Below, one piece after another: positions 9,934-19,408 of a DNA stretch of 26,846 nt. The stretch is from an uncultured Thermococci archaeon (GTDB lineage Archaea; Methanobacteriota_B; Thermococci; Thermococcales; Thermococcaceae). The stretch's first letter is position 1. Each line of letters begins with the position of its first letter. The DNA is taken from NCBI GenBank assembly GCA_964615185.1, contig CAZTOS010000019.1:1-26846 (forward strand), in the 5' to 3' direction. A model generated the notes under the pieces. The model was not told the DNA's origin. It saw nothing but the letters and a program-made list of their open reading frames with translations, and ran no database searches. Made by a program: the position numbers and the translations under genes.

Positions 9934-9988
9934 ATTACCCCCTCAACAATGGATATAATGTAAATCTTAGCCCCATGAGAATTCTTAC

Positions 9989-10305
9989 GGCGGCGGACGC
10001 GCCCGAGGGTGGGAACCCTCCTCCAGCGGCTTCCACCGGGACTCCCTCGCCCCCGCTACCCCACGAGCGCCGAACGTCCCGCCTACCGCTGCTCCCTTCC
10101 GGGCCTTGCGGGGTTCGGCGGGCAAAGGGCGTTAGCGGAGCCCTTCAGCTCCACCTCGCCCACCGCCGGCCCCGTGGGACGAGGGCTCATCGTTTATCCC
10201 GGCTTCCGCCGCTGGATTCAGGAACCGCCCCTCGGGCTTCGGCCCCCGCATATCGACGGTTTCGGGTTCCAGGGGACGCCGAACCCCCCAGCCTAGTCCG
10301 CCGCC
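9989..10305 (-). ncRNA. ffs: Archaeal signal recognition particle RNA (7S RNA)
   Basis: 317-nt very GC-rich island with complementary ends (GGCGGCGGAC...GTCCGCCGCC). Minus strand has the Alu-like start CTAGGCTGGGGGGTTCGGCG and the helix-8 motif AGGCCCGGAAGGGAGCAGC. Confidence 0.97.
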
Positions 10306-10327
10306 ATTTAAAAGTAGAGAGGATGGT

Positions 10328-10341
10328 TATATAAAGGTTTG
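10328..10341 (-). promoter_or_regulatory. BRE/TATA promoter of SRP RNA
   Basis: Minus strand CAAACCTTTATATA ends 22 nt upstream of the RNA 5' end. Confidence 0.8.
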
Positions 10342-10403
10342 GTATACCCAAAATTCAACAATCTTATTAGGAAGAAGCTCATATATTCACAAGGGCTTTA
10401 AAA

Positions 10404-10763
10404 ATGACACCATCTGAGGCCTTATATTACATATTGTTGGGAATGTTCTTGGGAATGAGTGGACAGATGATAAGAGTAGTTATTGGTGTCAAGAAAGTTC
10501 AATAAAAAGCTGTTTCAGAGAATAGAGAATTCAAAGAAGCTTTTGACATGAAGAGGCTCGTTATAAGCATGTTAATTGGCGCAACCGCTGGAGTCTTGGG
10601 GATTGTCAGCCTTTATTGGGGTGAGCAGGAGGTAACCAAGGAGATGGCTCTGGGATTGATTGCAATTGGTTATTCTGGAACTGATTTCATCGAAGGACTG
10701 TTTAGAACAAAAATCCAATCAATGCGAAGGGAATCTACTCCTTCTTCGATTCCCCAGTCATAA
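10404..10763 (+). pseudogene. Small 3-TM membrane protein gene interrupted by an in-frame TAA at 10503-10505
   Basis: ATG 10404 reads MTPSEALYYILLGMFLGMSGQMIRVVIGVKKVQ*KAVSENREFKEAFD and continues in frame into the 10548 ORF (MKRLVISMLIG...GYSGTDFIEG). Confidence 0.75.
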
Positions 10764-11322
10764 CTGCTGAAGCTATCATGTGGGCCAATCTAAGAGGCTC
10801 TGGGATTAGAGAACTTTTTTGGGTTATTTTGATTATTTTTTCTGCTTTTTCGGTCTCTATTTCATAAGCTTGATAAAAAAGCTTCCCTGGGATTAATTCT
10901 TTTATTTCTCCACCTTTTCTCAACAGCCTAATCCTCTCTTCAGCATCTGGGAAATGCTTTCTCAGAGCATCTTCCATAGCTTTTAAATCTGGTTTCTTCC
11001 TAATAACAACAATTACCGGTAAACCTGTCTCTCTGCTGAGCTTTTCTATGTCAACAATATTAAAGCCAGCGTAGGTTATGCCCTTCAGCATTATGACTCT
11101 TAAGTCTTTAAAGCGGGAATTTACAATTGCCTCAATCATTTTTTCTGTTGCATCTCTTCCATCAACTTCAATCCATTTTGACAAAATTCCAACAACATCC
11201 TGGGAGCCTTTCATGATAACTCCAATCAGAATAGTTTTGTCTCTTTCAATCTTGGATTTAAAAGAAAAGGTGCCATCATCAAAACCAATAACCCTAATTT
11301 GAGGTTTTACTTTCCTAATCAT
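10735..11322 (-). CDS. DUF99 / UPF0215 family protein (endonuclease V-like, putative endonuclease dU)
   Basis: [23 protein letters not shown] and IPEPLRLAH motifs. ATG 11322 overlaps the cutA stop (ATGA). Confidence 0.88.
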   Translation of the reverse strand: MIRKVKPQIRVIGFDDGTFSFKSKIERDKTILIGVIMKGSQDVVGILSKWIEVDGRDATEKMIEAIVNSRFKDLRVIMLKGITYAGFNIVDIEKLSRETGLPVIVVIRKKPDLKAMEDALRKHFPDAEERIRLLRKGGEIKELIPGKLFYQAYEIETEKAEKIIKITQKSSLIPEPLRLAHMIASAVMTGESKKE

Positions 11323-11633
11323 TTTGTAACCTCTAACAGCCATTTGAGATATTCTTTATTTACGGTATCAATATCAATCCTAATTATTGCTGGAACTGTG
11401 TAAGGGTGCTTTTCCTTGAGTTCCTTTTTAAGCTCATCCCAAAGCTCAACTTTTGTCTTAAGAATTGCACCAACTTCGTTGTCTTCTTCTATCTTTCCTT
11501 CCCACCAGTAGAAAGCTTTGTGCTCCCTTAGATTGGCACATGCTACAAGCTTTTTTTCAAGTAGCTCTCTGACAATTCTTTCTGCACTCTCCCAATCCGG
11601 GAATGTTGTATATACAAGTATCATCTCACTCAT
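11319..11633 (-). CDS. cutA: Divalent-cation tolerance protein CutA
   Basis: [26 protein letters not shown] and HPYTVP motifs. Start is ATG 11633 or 11624. Confidence 0.96.
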   Translation of the reverse strand: MSEMILVYTTFPDWESAERIVRELLEKKLVACANLREHKAFYWWEGKIEEDNEVGAILKTKVELWDELKKELKEKHPYTVPAIIRIDIDTVNKEYLKWLLEVTK

Positions 11634-11707
11634 TTTCACACCTCCGTTTATAACCTCCCAAGGATAAACTTAAATCTTACGTTGGGTTATTTTTATCGGG
11701 GGTTGGG

Positions 11708-11983
11708 ATGGAGATCGTAAGAGCACATCTAAGAATCTATGGAAGGGTTCAAGGGGTTGGCTTTAGGTGGAGCATGCAGCGTGAAGCAAGAAAGCTTGGA
11801 GTAAGTGGATGGGTCAGGAACTTACCTGACGGAAGTGTTGAGGCTGTAATAGAGGGAGAAAGGGAAAGAGTTGAAGCTTTGATTGGATGGGCACATCAAG
11901 GCCCAATATTTGCAAGGGTTACAAGGGTTGAAATGAAATGGGAAGAACCAAGGGGAGAGAAAGGATTTAGGGTTGTTGGTTAA
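11708..11983 (+). CDS. acyP: Acylphosphatase
   Basis: GRVQGVGFR and [12 protein letters not shown] motifs. Confidence 0.97.
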   Translation: MEIVRAHLRIYGRVQGVGFRWSMQREARKLGVSGWVRNLPDGSVEAVIEGERERVEALIGWAHQGPIFARVTRVEMKWEEPRGEKGFRVVG

Positions 11984-12573
11984 GTTTTTGCGCCTATTTT
12001 CTCTAAAGCAACCTTTTTTGGGCAGTATCTAACTTCACAATATGCACATACAAATTTTTCCTTTCTTTTCTCTGGTGTGTGAAGGATTAGTTTTTTGAAG
12101 CCGGGTATGCCCTTTATTTTTACAAACACTTCTACAGGCAGAGTTCCATCTATGACAATATATGCTTTGCTTTCTTCCTCTCTGAGATTTCTACTGAAAA
12201 TCTCTACTATTGAAACACCATTCCTTGAAAGTATCTGGAGAACACTTGAAATTGCCTGGGAGTAGAGCTCCTTCTCGAATTCAATTTCAAGAACTTCCCA
12301 CCCCATTATTGGAGCAACCTCAATTAGACTGGGCAATGGAGTTAACCTCTCGAATATAAGCTTTAGAGGGTACGTTTTTTCAATATATTCAATGGTATGA
12401 TATACTATCTTTCTGTTCACGCCGATGACCCTTGATAACTCACTGATTGGAACCTCTACATCTCTCAGGTATATCCTTCCGTTCTTAACACTTAATCCAT
12501 TTTCAAATAAAAACTCTGCAACTTTTCTTCTTGCAGGATAATTTTTAAAGTAAGCCTCCAATATAAGCATCAT
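11980..12573 (-). CDS. Predicted regulator of amino acid metabolism (HTH + ACT domain) with C-terminal Cys cluster
   Basis: [10 protein letters not shown]...GLSV.NG.IY...EVP...L.R..GVNRK.VY pattern, ACT-like second half, CAYCEVRYC tail. ATG 12573 follows GAGGTG. Confidence 0.8.
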   Translation of the reverse strand: MMLILEAYFKNYPARRKVAEFLFENGLSVKNGRIYLRDVEVPISELSRVIGVNRKIVYHTIEYIEKTYPLKLIFERLTPLPSLIEVAPIMGWEVLEIEFEKELYSQAISSVLQILSRNGVSIVEIFSRNLREEESKAYIVIDGTLPVEVFVKIKGIPGFKKLILHTPEKRKEKFVCAYCEVRYCPKKVALEKIGAKT

Positions 12574-12666
12574 TTTTGCCACCTCTTACTCACAAATGTG
12601 TAGAAATGCATATTTAAATCTTTCCCTTAGAGAAATTTTTATTACCCATTGATTGAAGCAAGATAC

Positions 12667-13545
12667 ATGAACTTGCGAAAGTCTTCCTATCTCTATGCAA
12701 CCCTTTCCATATTTCTCTGGTCAACGGTTGCTTCGGCCTTTAAGCTCTCTCTTAGATATCTTGACTACGCAAATCTCTTGTTATACGCCTCACTCACATC
12801 ATTGCTGATCTTTTTTCTCTTGCTCCTAACTGTATATAGGGGAAGTCTTTGTATCCTGAGAAGGCTCTCTGTCAATGCGTACTCTGCAGTTCTTGGATTT
12901 ATTAACCCATTTCTTTATTACCTTGTGCTTTTCAGAACCTATTCTCTCCTCCCAGCTCAGGAGGCTCAAGCTTTGAACTATACTTGGCCAATAATGCTTG
13001 CCTTGCTTTCAGTTCCTTTGCTGGATCAAAGAATTAGAGTTAGAAACATTCTTGGGATCTTTATTAGCTTTTTTGGAGTTTTAATTATCTCAACGCGTGG
13101 AGATATAACCGCTCTCAAATTTGCTAATCCTTATGGGGCCTTTTTGGGATTGATGAGTGCCCTGATATGGGCGATTTACTGGATTTTAAATCTGAGAGAC
13201 CAAAGACAGGCAGTAATCAAGATGTTCTTTAACTTTGCTTTTGGTTTCATATACACCCTCTTCTTTATCATCCTCACTCATGATTTCATAATACCTTCGT
13301 TAGAAGGTTTGCTCGGTGCAATGTATGTTGGAACCTTTGAAATGGGCATTACTTTTCTTCTGTGGCTTAAAGCTCTGGAGCTTTCAGAAACAACAGCTCA
13401 AATAGCAAATCTTGTTTATTTAACACCTTTTATCTCTCTGGTTATAATTCACTTTGTAGTCGGTGAGAAGGTTTTGATTTCAACCATAATTGGCCTTGCT
13501 TTAATAGTGGCTGGAATTATTTATGGTGGTACTAAAAGAGAATAG
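12667..13545 (+). CDS. DMT/EamA family transporter
   Basis: About 10 TM helices in two repeats, with ALNYTWP and YLTP...GE motifs. Confidence 0.9.
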   Translation: MNLRKSSYLYATLSIFLWSTVASAFKLSLRYLDYANLLLYASLTSLLIFFLLLLTVYRGSLCILRRLSVNAYSAVLGFINPFLYYLVLFRTYSLLPAQEAQALNYTWPIMLALLSVPLLDQRIRVRNILGIFISFFGVLIISTRGDITALKFANPYGAFLGLMSALIWAIYWILNLRDQRQAVIKMFFNFAFGFIYTLFFIILTHDFIIPSLEGLLGAMYVGTFEMGITFLLWLKALELSETTAQIANLVYLTPFISLVIIHFVVGEKVLISTIIGLALIVAGIIYGGTKRE

Positions 13546-13600
13546 CCAAAACGTAGAAAGGTTTAAATGTTTTCAGCCGTAAAACACTCTGGTGGTTCTC

Positions 13601-14005
13601 ATGATTGAGGTAGGCGAATATAAGATTAAAGAAGGGCTATACTACACAAAGGAGCACGAATGGGCTCAGGTTTTAGACGATGGAACTGTTCTTGTCGGAA
13701 TAAGTGACTACGCTCAAAAAGAGCTTGGCGATGTTGCATATGTTGAGCTTCCAGAAGTTGGAAAGGAGGTTTCTCAAGGAGATGTTCTCTGTGAAATTGA
13801 GAGCGTTAAGGCTGTGAGCGAAGTTTACGCTCCAGTCAGCGGTGAAGTCGTTGAAGTTAATGGAGAGCTTGAGGATTCTCCGGAGAAAATCAACGAGGAT
13901 GCATATGAGGCATGGATTGCAAAGATTAAGCCGTCAAACCTTGAAGAGGACTTAAAGAATCTCATGACTGCCGAGCAGTATGCTGAGTATTTGAAGAGCC
14001 TCTGA
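13601..14005 (+). CDS. gcvH: Glycine cleavage system H protein
   Basis: YYTKEHEW, GISDYAQKELGD, lipoyl-lysine motif ESVKAVSE. Confidence 0.97.
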   Translation: MIEVGEYKIKEGLYYTKEHEWAQVLDDGTVLVGISDYAQKELGDVAYVELPEVGKEVSQGDVLCEIESVKAVSEVYAPVSGEVVEVNGELEDSPEKINEDAYEAWIAKIKPSNLEEDLKNLMTAEQYAEYLKSL

Positions 14006-14049
14006 TTTTGTTTAGGTTTGTTTTTTCATATTTTATTGGAGGTATTCTT

Positions 14050-14391
14050 ATGAGAACCTTAAGAGAATGGGATGTTAAGGTTAAGCTTGTGAGAACTAAG
14101 CGTGGAGCCATTCTCCATAAGATTGAGCTCTCTGAAAACCATTTCTTCCTTGAGCAGAACCCACTTAAGGATTCTAAGTATGGCGTTGCCTATAGGAAAA
14201 TTAAAAACAAATTCCCCGAATTTTACATGTTCTGGGAAATTAAGAACAACCGTTACACTGGAAGGCTCTTAGTTGGTTCCTTCCTCGAGAAGGAGGAGAT
14301 TGACGAGTTCATAACCCTCGTTGCACAGAGTGAGGATTTCAAGAAATTTGAGCACGTCCTTGAGGAAATTGAGGAAGAAGAAAAGGAATAG
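14050..14391 (+). CDS. Hypothetical soluble protein with acidic tail
   Basis: GGAGGT RBS before ATG 14050, native-looking codon use, followed by a T-rich tract. Confidence 0.8.
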   Translation: MRTLREWDVKVKLVRTKRGAILHKIELSENHFFLEQNPLKDSKYGVAYRKIKNKFPEFYMFWEIKNNRYTGRLLVGSFLEKEEIDEFITLVAQSEDFKKFEHVLEEIEEEEKE

Positions 14392-14444
14392 CTCGGCTTT
14401 CCTTTTTTCATCACATTTCAGATACCCTGGAGTTCATCATCGCT
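14390..14444 (-). ncRNA. Box C/D guide sRNA (unit 2)
   Basis: Minus strand ATGATGA-actccagggtat-CTGA-aat-GTGATGA-aaaaaggaaag-CCGA, with short AGC/GCT terminal stem. Confidence 0.8.
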
Positions 14445-14466
14445 TATTCTTCACCTTCTTAGGAAA

Positions 14467-16846
<2,380 letters not shown>

Positions 16847-16891
16847 AATGAGCACCTCCGTACGTGCGCTCATTATTGAACATTCCTAAAG

Positions 16892-16942
16892 GTTTTGAAC
16901 ATTAGGTATTTATAAAAGTGTTGCTAACCAAAGGTTAACAAC
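16892..16942 (-). promoter_or_regulatory. nfn promoter: TATA (16909-16916) flanked by three SurR GTT-n3-AAC sites
   Basis: GTTttgAAC at 16892-16900 and GTTgctAAC-caaag-GTTaacAAC at 16920-16942. Confidence 0.85.
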
Positions 16943-17011
16943 ATTGAAGAAAATTTGAGAACAGCAACACTTAACCAAAAATTCTAAAAAGAAGAGCCTA
17001 AATTTCAGAAT

Positions 17012-17062
17012 TGGGGGATGAGCCTCACGGTATGCTGAGGTGATGAAGCTCTCTGCTGACTA
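17012..17062 (+). ncRNA. Box C/D guide sRNA (unit 3); D' guide complementary to archaeal 16S rRNA
   Basis: GGGATGA-gcctcacggtatg-CTGA-g-GTGATGA-agctctctg-CTGA. D' guide pairs with 16S CGUACCGUGAGGC (recalled sequence). Confidence 0.82.
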
Positions 17063-17821
17063 AATCTTTCTCGCAAATGTTATGTAGCCTGTGTGTGCAA
17101 TCATTCTCGTTTTTGGCCTTATGCACTCTCTCTTAACTTCCTGCTCTCTAACTAAACATTCAATAGTTTTAGGCCTCATGAAATGCTCCTTAAATTCTCT
17201 CAGCTTTTCATAAAGACGGGCAACTTGATTTATGCATGGGGTATAAGCGACAAAATACCCTCCTGGTTTTAATGCTTCTACAGCATGCTCAACAACTCTC
17301 TCTGGCTGAGGCAAGTCGAGAATTATGTGATCAACATCTTTCTCGTCTATTCCCTCGTAAATGCTCTTGAGCTTTATGGTAACTCTGTCATCAAAACCTG
17401 CCCATTCAATGTTTTTCCATGCAAGCTTTGCAAAGTCTTCTCTAACTTCATAGCTAACTATTCTCCCACTGGGTCCAATTATGTTTGCCAAAAAGAGAGT
17501 TAGTGTACCGCTTCCAACTCCAGCCTCAATTATAAAATCCCCCGGAGAGATTCCAGCAAAAGCCACAATTTGAGCTGCATCTTTGGGGTGAATTATCTGA
17601 GGGCCGCGCTTCATTTTATCAATGAAATCAACTATTCTGGGCTTTAAAATTTTGAACTTGTGTCCTTTGTGAGATTCAATAATATCTCCAAAATTTTTGC
17701 CAATTATTTCTTCGAGGTTTATTTTTCCTAAATCGGTGTGGAATTCCCCTCTCTTCACGGTTACCAAATATCTCTTGCCCCTGGGATCAACTAATAGAAC
17801 TTTTTTCCCCTCTGCTATCAC
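17060..17821 (-). CDS. trmI: tRNA (adenine-57/58-N1)-methyltransferase
   Basis: MKRGPQIIHPKD, EAGVGSG, LDLPQP, YTPC..Q and HTGYITFARK motifs. Confidence 0.96.
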   Translation of the reverse strand: MIAEGKKVLLVDPRGKRYLVTVKRGEFHTDLGKINLEEIIGKNFGDIIESHKGHKFKILKPRIVDFIDKMKRGPQIIHPKDAAQIVAFAGISPGDFIIEAGVGSGTLTLFLANIIGPSGRIVSYEVREDFAKLAWKNIEWAGFDDRVTIKLKSIYEGIDEKDVDHIILDLPQPERVVEHAVEALKPGGYFVAYTPCINQVARLYEKLREFKEHFMRPKTIECLVREQEVKRECIRPKTRMIAHTGYITFARKI

Positions 17822-17833
17822 TTTTTCTCACCA

Positions 17834-18460
17834 TCAGCTTTCCTTTTTGACAGTGATTTCGTACCCTTCCTTTTCTGGAATTATTTCCAGAATCCAAGAG
17901 GATATATCTTCTAAAATTGCCAGTTGAGGTTTTTCAATTATGTCTTTATTTACTAAATATATCGAAGTCCAGTCTTCTACGGGCAGATTACTTCTGCTGA
18001 ATAAAATTGCCTGCAGAGCTTTTTCTTTTCCAAAATATAAGTACTCCCCCAACCCAAAACTCAAAAAGTATAAGGGCTTTATTGAATCTGCAAGTGCTTT
18101 TCTAATTGCATCATAATAGTTTTTCATAAACTCTGAGATTTCATAGGTTAGAGGGATTTCATCAACAAGTGAACCATAGCTGGCTCTTCCAGGTCCTATT
18201 TTTATGACCTTAATGTGTTTTGTTATTTCTATTGTTTTCCTATATTCCTTTGGTGAAATCTTTCTGATGTAGTTTCTGAAGCTTAAATCCCCAATACCAA
18301 AGAAATCCTCAATAACAATCTGATTATCGTGAGAGATCTCCGGAATAATGCGTCCCCATACAAGATCTTCAAAAGAATACGCACTGGGATATTCTATTAG
18401 AACAACATCCCCCCCTCTCGCATAACTTTTTAGAAATTTTTCAATTGTGTGAATTTCCAT
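17834..18460 (-). CDS. DUF257-like Thermococcales protein (degenerate RecA/KaiC-like fold)
   Basis: G.VVLIEY.S start, VIKIG.G and YLVNKD...LE pattern. ATG 18460 follows GGTGG; the longer track ORF would overlap srp19. Confidence 0.65.
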   Translation of the reverse strand: MEIHTIEKFLKSYARGGDVVLIEYPSAYSFEDLVWGRIIPEISHDNQIVIEDFFGIGDLSFRNYIRKISPKEYRKTIEITKHIKVIKIGPGRASYGSLVDEIPLTYEISEFMKNYYDAIRKALADSIKPLYFLSFGLGEYLYFGKEKALQAILFSRSNLPVEDWTSIYLVNKDIIEKPQLAILEDISSWILEIIPEKEGYEITVKKES

Positions 18461-18519
18461 TTTACCCACCAAAGAATTTTTTAATGTGTTATCCTTTAAA
18501 CCTTTTAGGTGTGGAAATA

Positions 18520-18831
18520 ATGAGAAAATTTGTCTTGTGGACAAATGAATTAGACTCAAGACTGTCAAAAAAATATGGAAGAGAAGTCCCCAGGAACTTG
18601 GCAGTAGAATCACCTAAACTTGAGGAGATCATAAAGGCAGCTGAAGCACTTGGCATGAAGGTAGTTAAAATTGAGTGGGAAAAATTAAATCCGCGATTAT
18701 CTGGAGTGGATGAAACTCTTAGAACAAGAGGGATGGTTGTAATTGAGAGTAAGTATGGAAAGTCAAAAAGCCTAAAGTTGATAGTTCAAAAGATTAGGGA
18801 GTTCAGGAAGTCTAAGAGGAGAAAAAGGTGA
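18520..18831 (+). CDS. srp19: Signal recognition particle protein SRP19
   Basis: FVLW..ELDSRLSKKYGR.VP..LAVE.P, PR...RG.V and KSK.LK motifs. Start at ATG 18520. Confidence 0.93.
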   Translation: MRKFVLWTNELDSRLSKKYGREVPRNLAVESPKLEEIIKAAEALGMKVVKIEWEKLNPRLSGVDETLRTRGMVVIESKYGKSKSLKLIVQKIREFRKSKRRKR

Positions 18832-19074
18832 TCATTCTTCCTCCAACTCTACAACTATTGCTGTTGTTGTGTCAATTACCCCATCTATGTTATGTATATC
18901 ATGCAGAATTTTTCTTGTGAGTTCTCCTAAATCTGCTGCTTCAATGTGTATTATTGCGTCATATGGTCCAGTAACAGCATCTGCCTTTGTGACTCCGGGT
19001 ATCCTTTTTAGTTCTTCTATCACCTTTTCTACCTTTCCAATTTCAACTGTTAATAAAACATATGCCCTAACCAT
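18832..19074 (-). CDS. Stand-alone Lrp/AsnC ligand-binding (RAM) domain protein (demi-FFRP)
   Basis: 80 aa with AYVL, VTGPYD.I and IDGV..T.T motifs; no HTH. Confidence 0.92.
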   Translation of the reverse strand: MVRAYVLLTVEIGKVEKVIEELKRIPGVTKADAVTGPYDAIIHIEAADLGELTRKILHDIHNIDGVIDTTTAIVVELEEE

Positions 19075-19408
19075 TTACATCACCAAAGCAGTTTTTACAG
19101 ATGTTACTTGCATCTTATCTCATTTAAGCTTTTCGTAGTTACTTTCTATTGAATCTAAACTGGAACAGTACTGCACGTCTTTTCATTATACTATCACAAA
19201 ATGTGCACTATTGAGCGTTTAAGATATACATTGAATGCCAACTTTTTTTAAATGTTTTCATTTTGATCATGATTTTTGAAGAATATGTTACATGATGTAA
19301 AACATTATCAAAATGAGCTGGTTATTTAGTCATAATTTGTCTAAGTAATCGAAAGTTTTATTACTGGAATATTCGCTATAGATTATTGCCAACCTTGGGG
19401 GGATACCC

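Noticed and set aside
9975..10334. Two Pro/Arg-rich + strand ORFs (119 and 95 aa)
   Set aside because: They are artefacts of the GC-rich SRP RNA on the opposite strand.
10503..10505. Programmed stop read-through (Sec/Pyl)
   Set aside because: The stop is TAA, not TGA or TAG, and Thermococcales are not known to use these amino acids.
8470..10770. Integrated element using SRP RNA as attachment site
   Set aside because: No duplicated SRP end, flanking direct repeat, integrase or transposase was seen.
14420..14430. Unit 2 guide region complements bacterial 16S AGAUACCCUGG
   Set aside because: The match includes D' box bases and is short; cross-domain targeting is unsupported, and chance or drift from the archaeal site is more likely.
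19192..19208. TATCAC-N5-GTGCAC resembling the Thermococcales glycolytic motif
   Set aside because: The right half matches only 3 of 6 bases, too weak to call.
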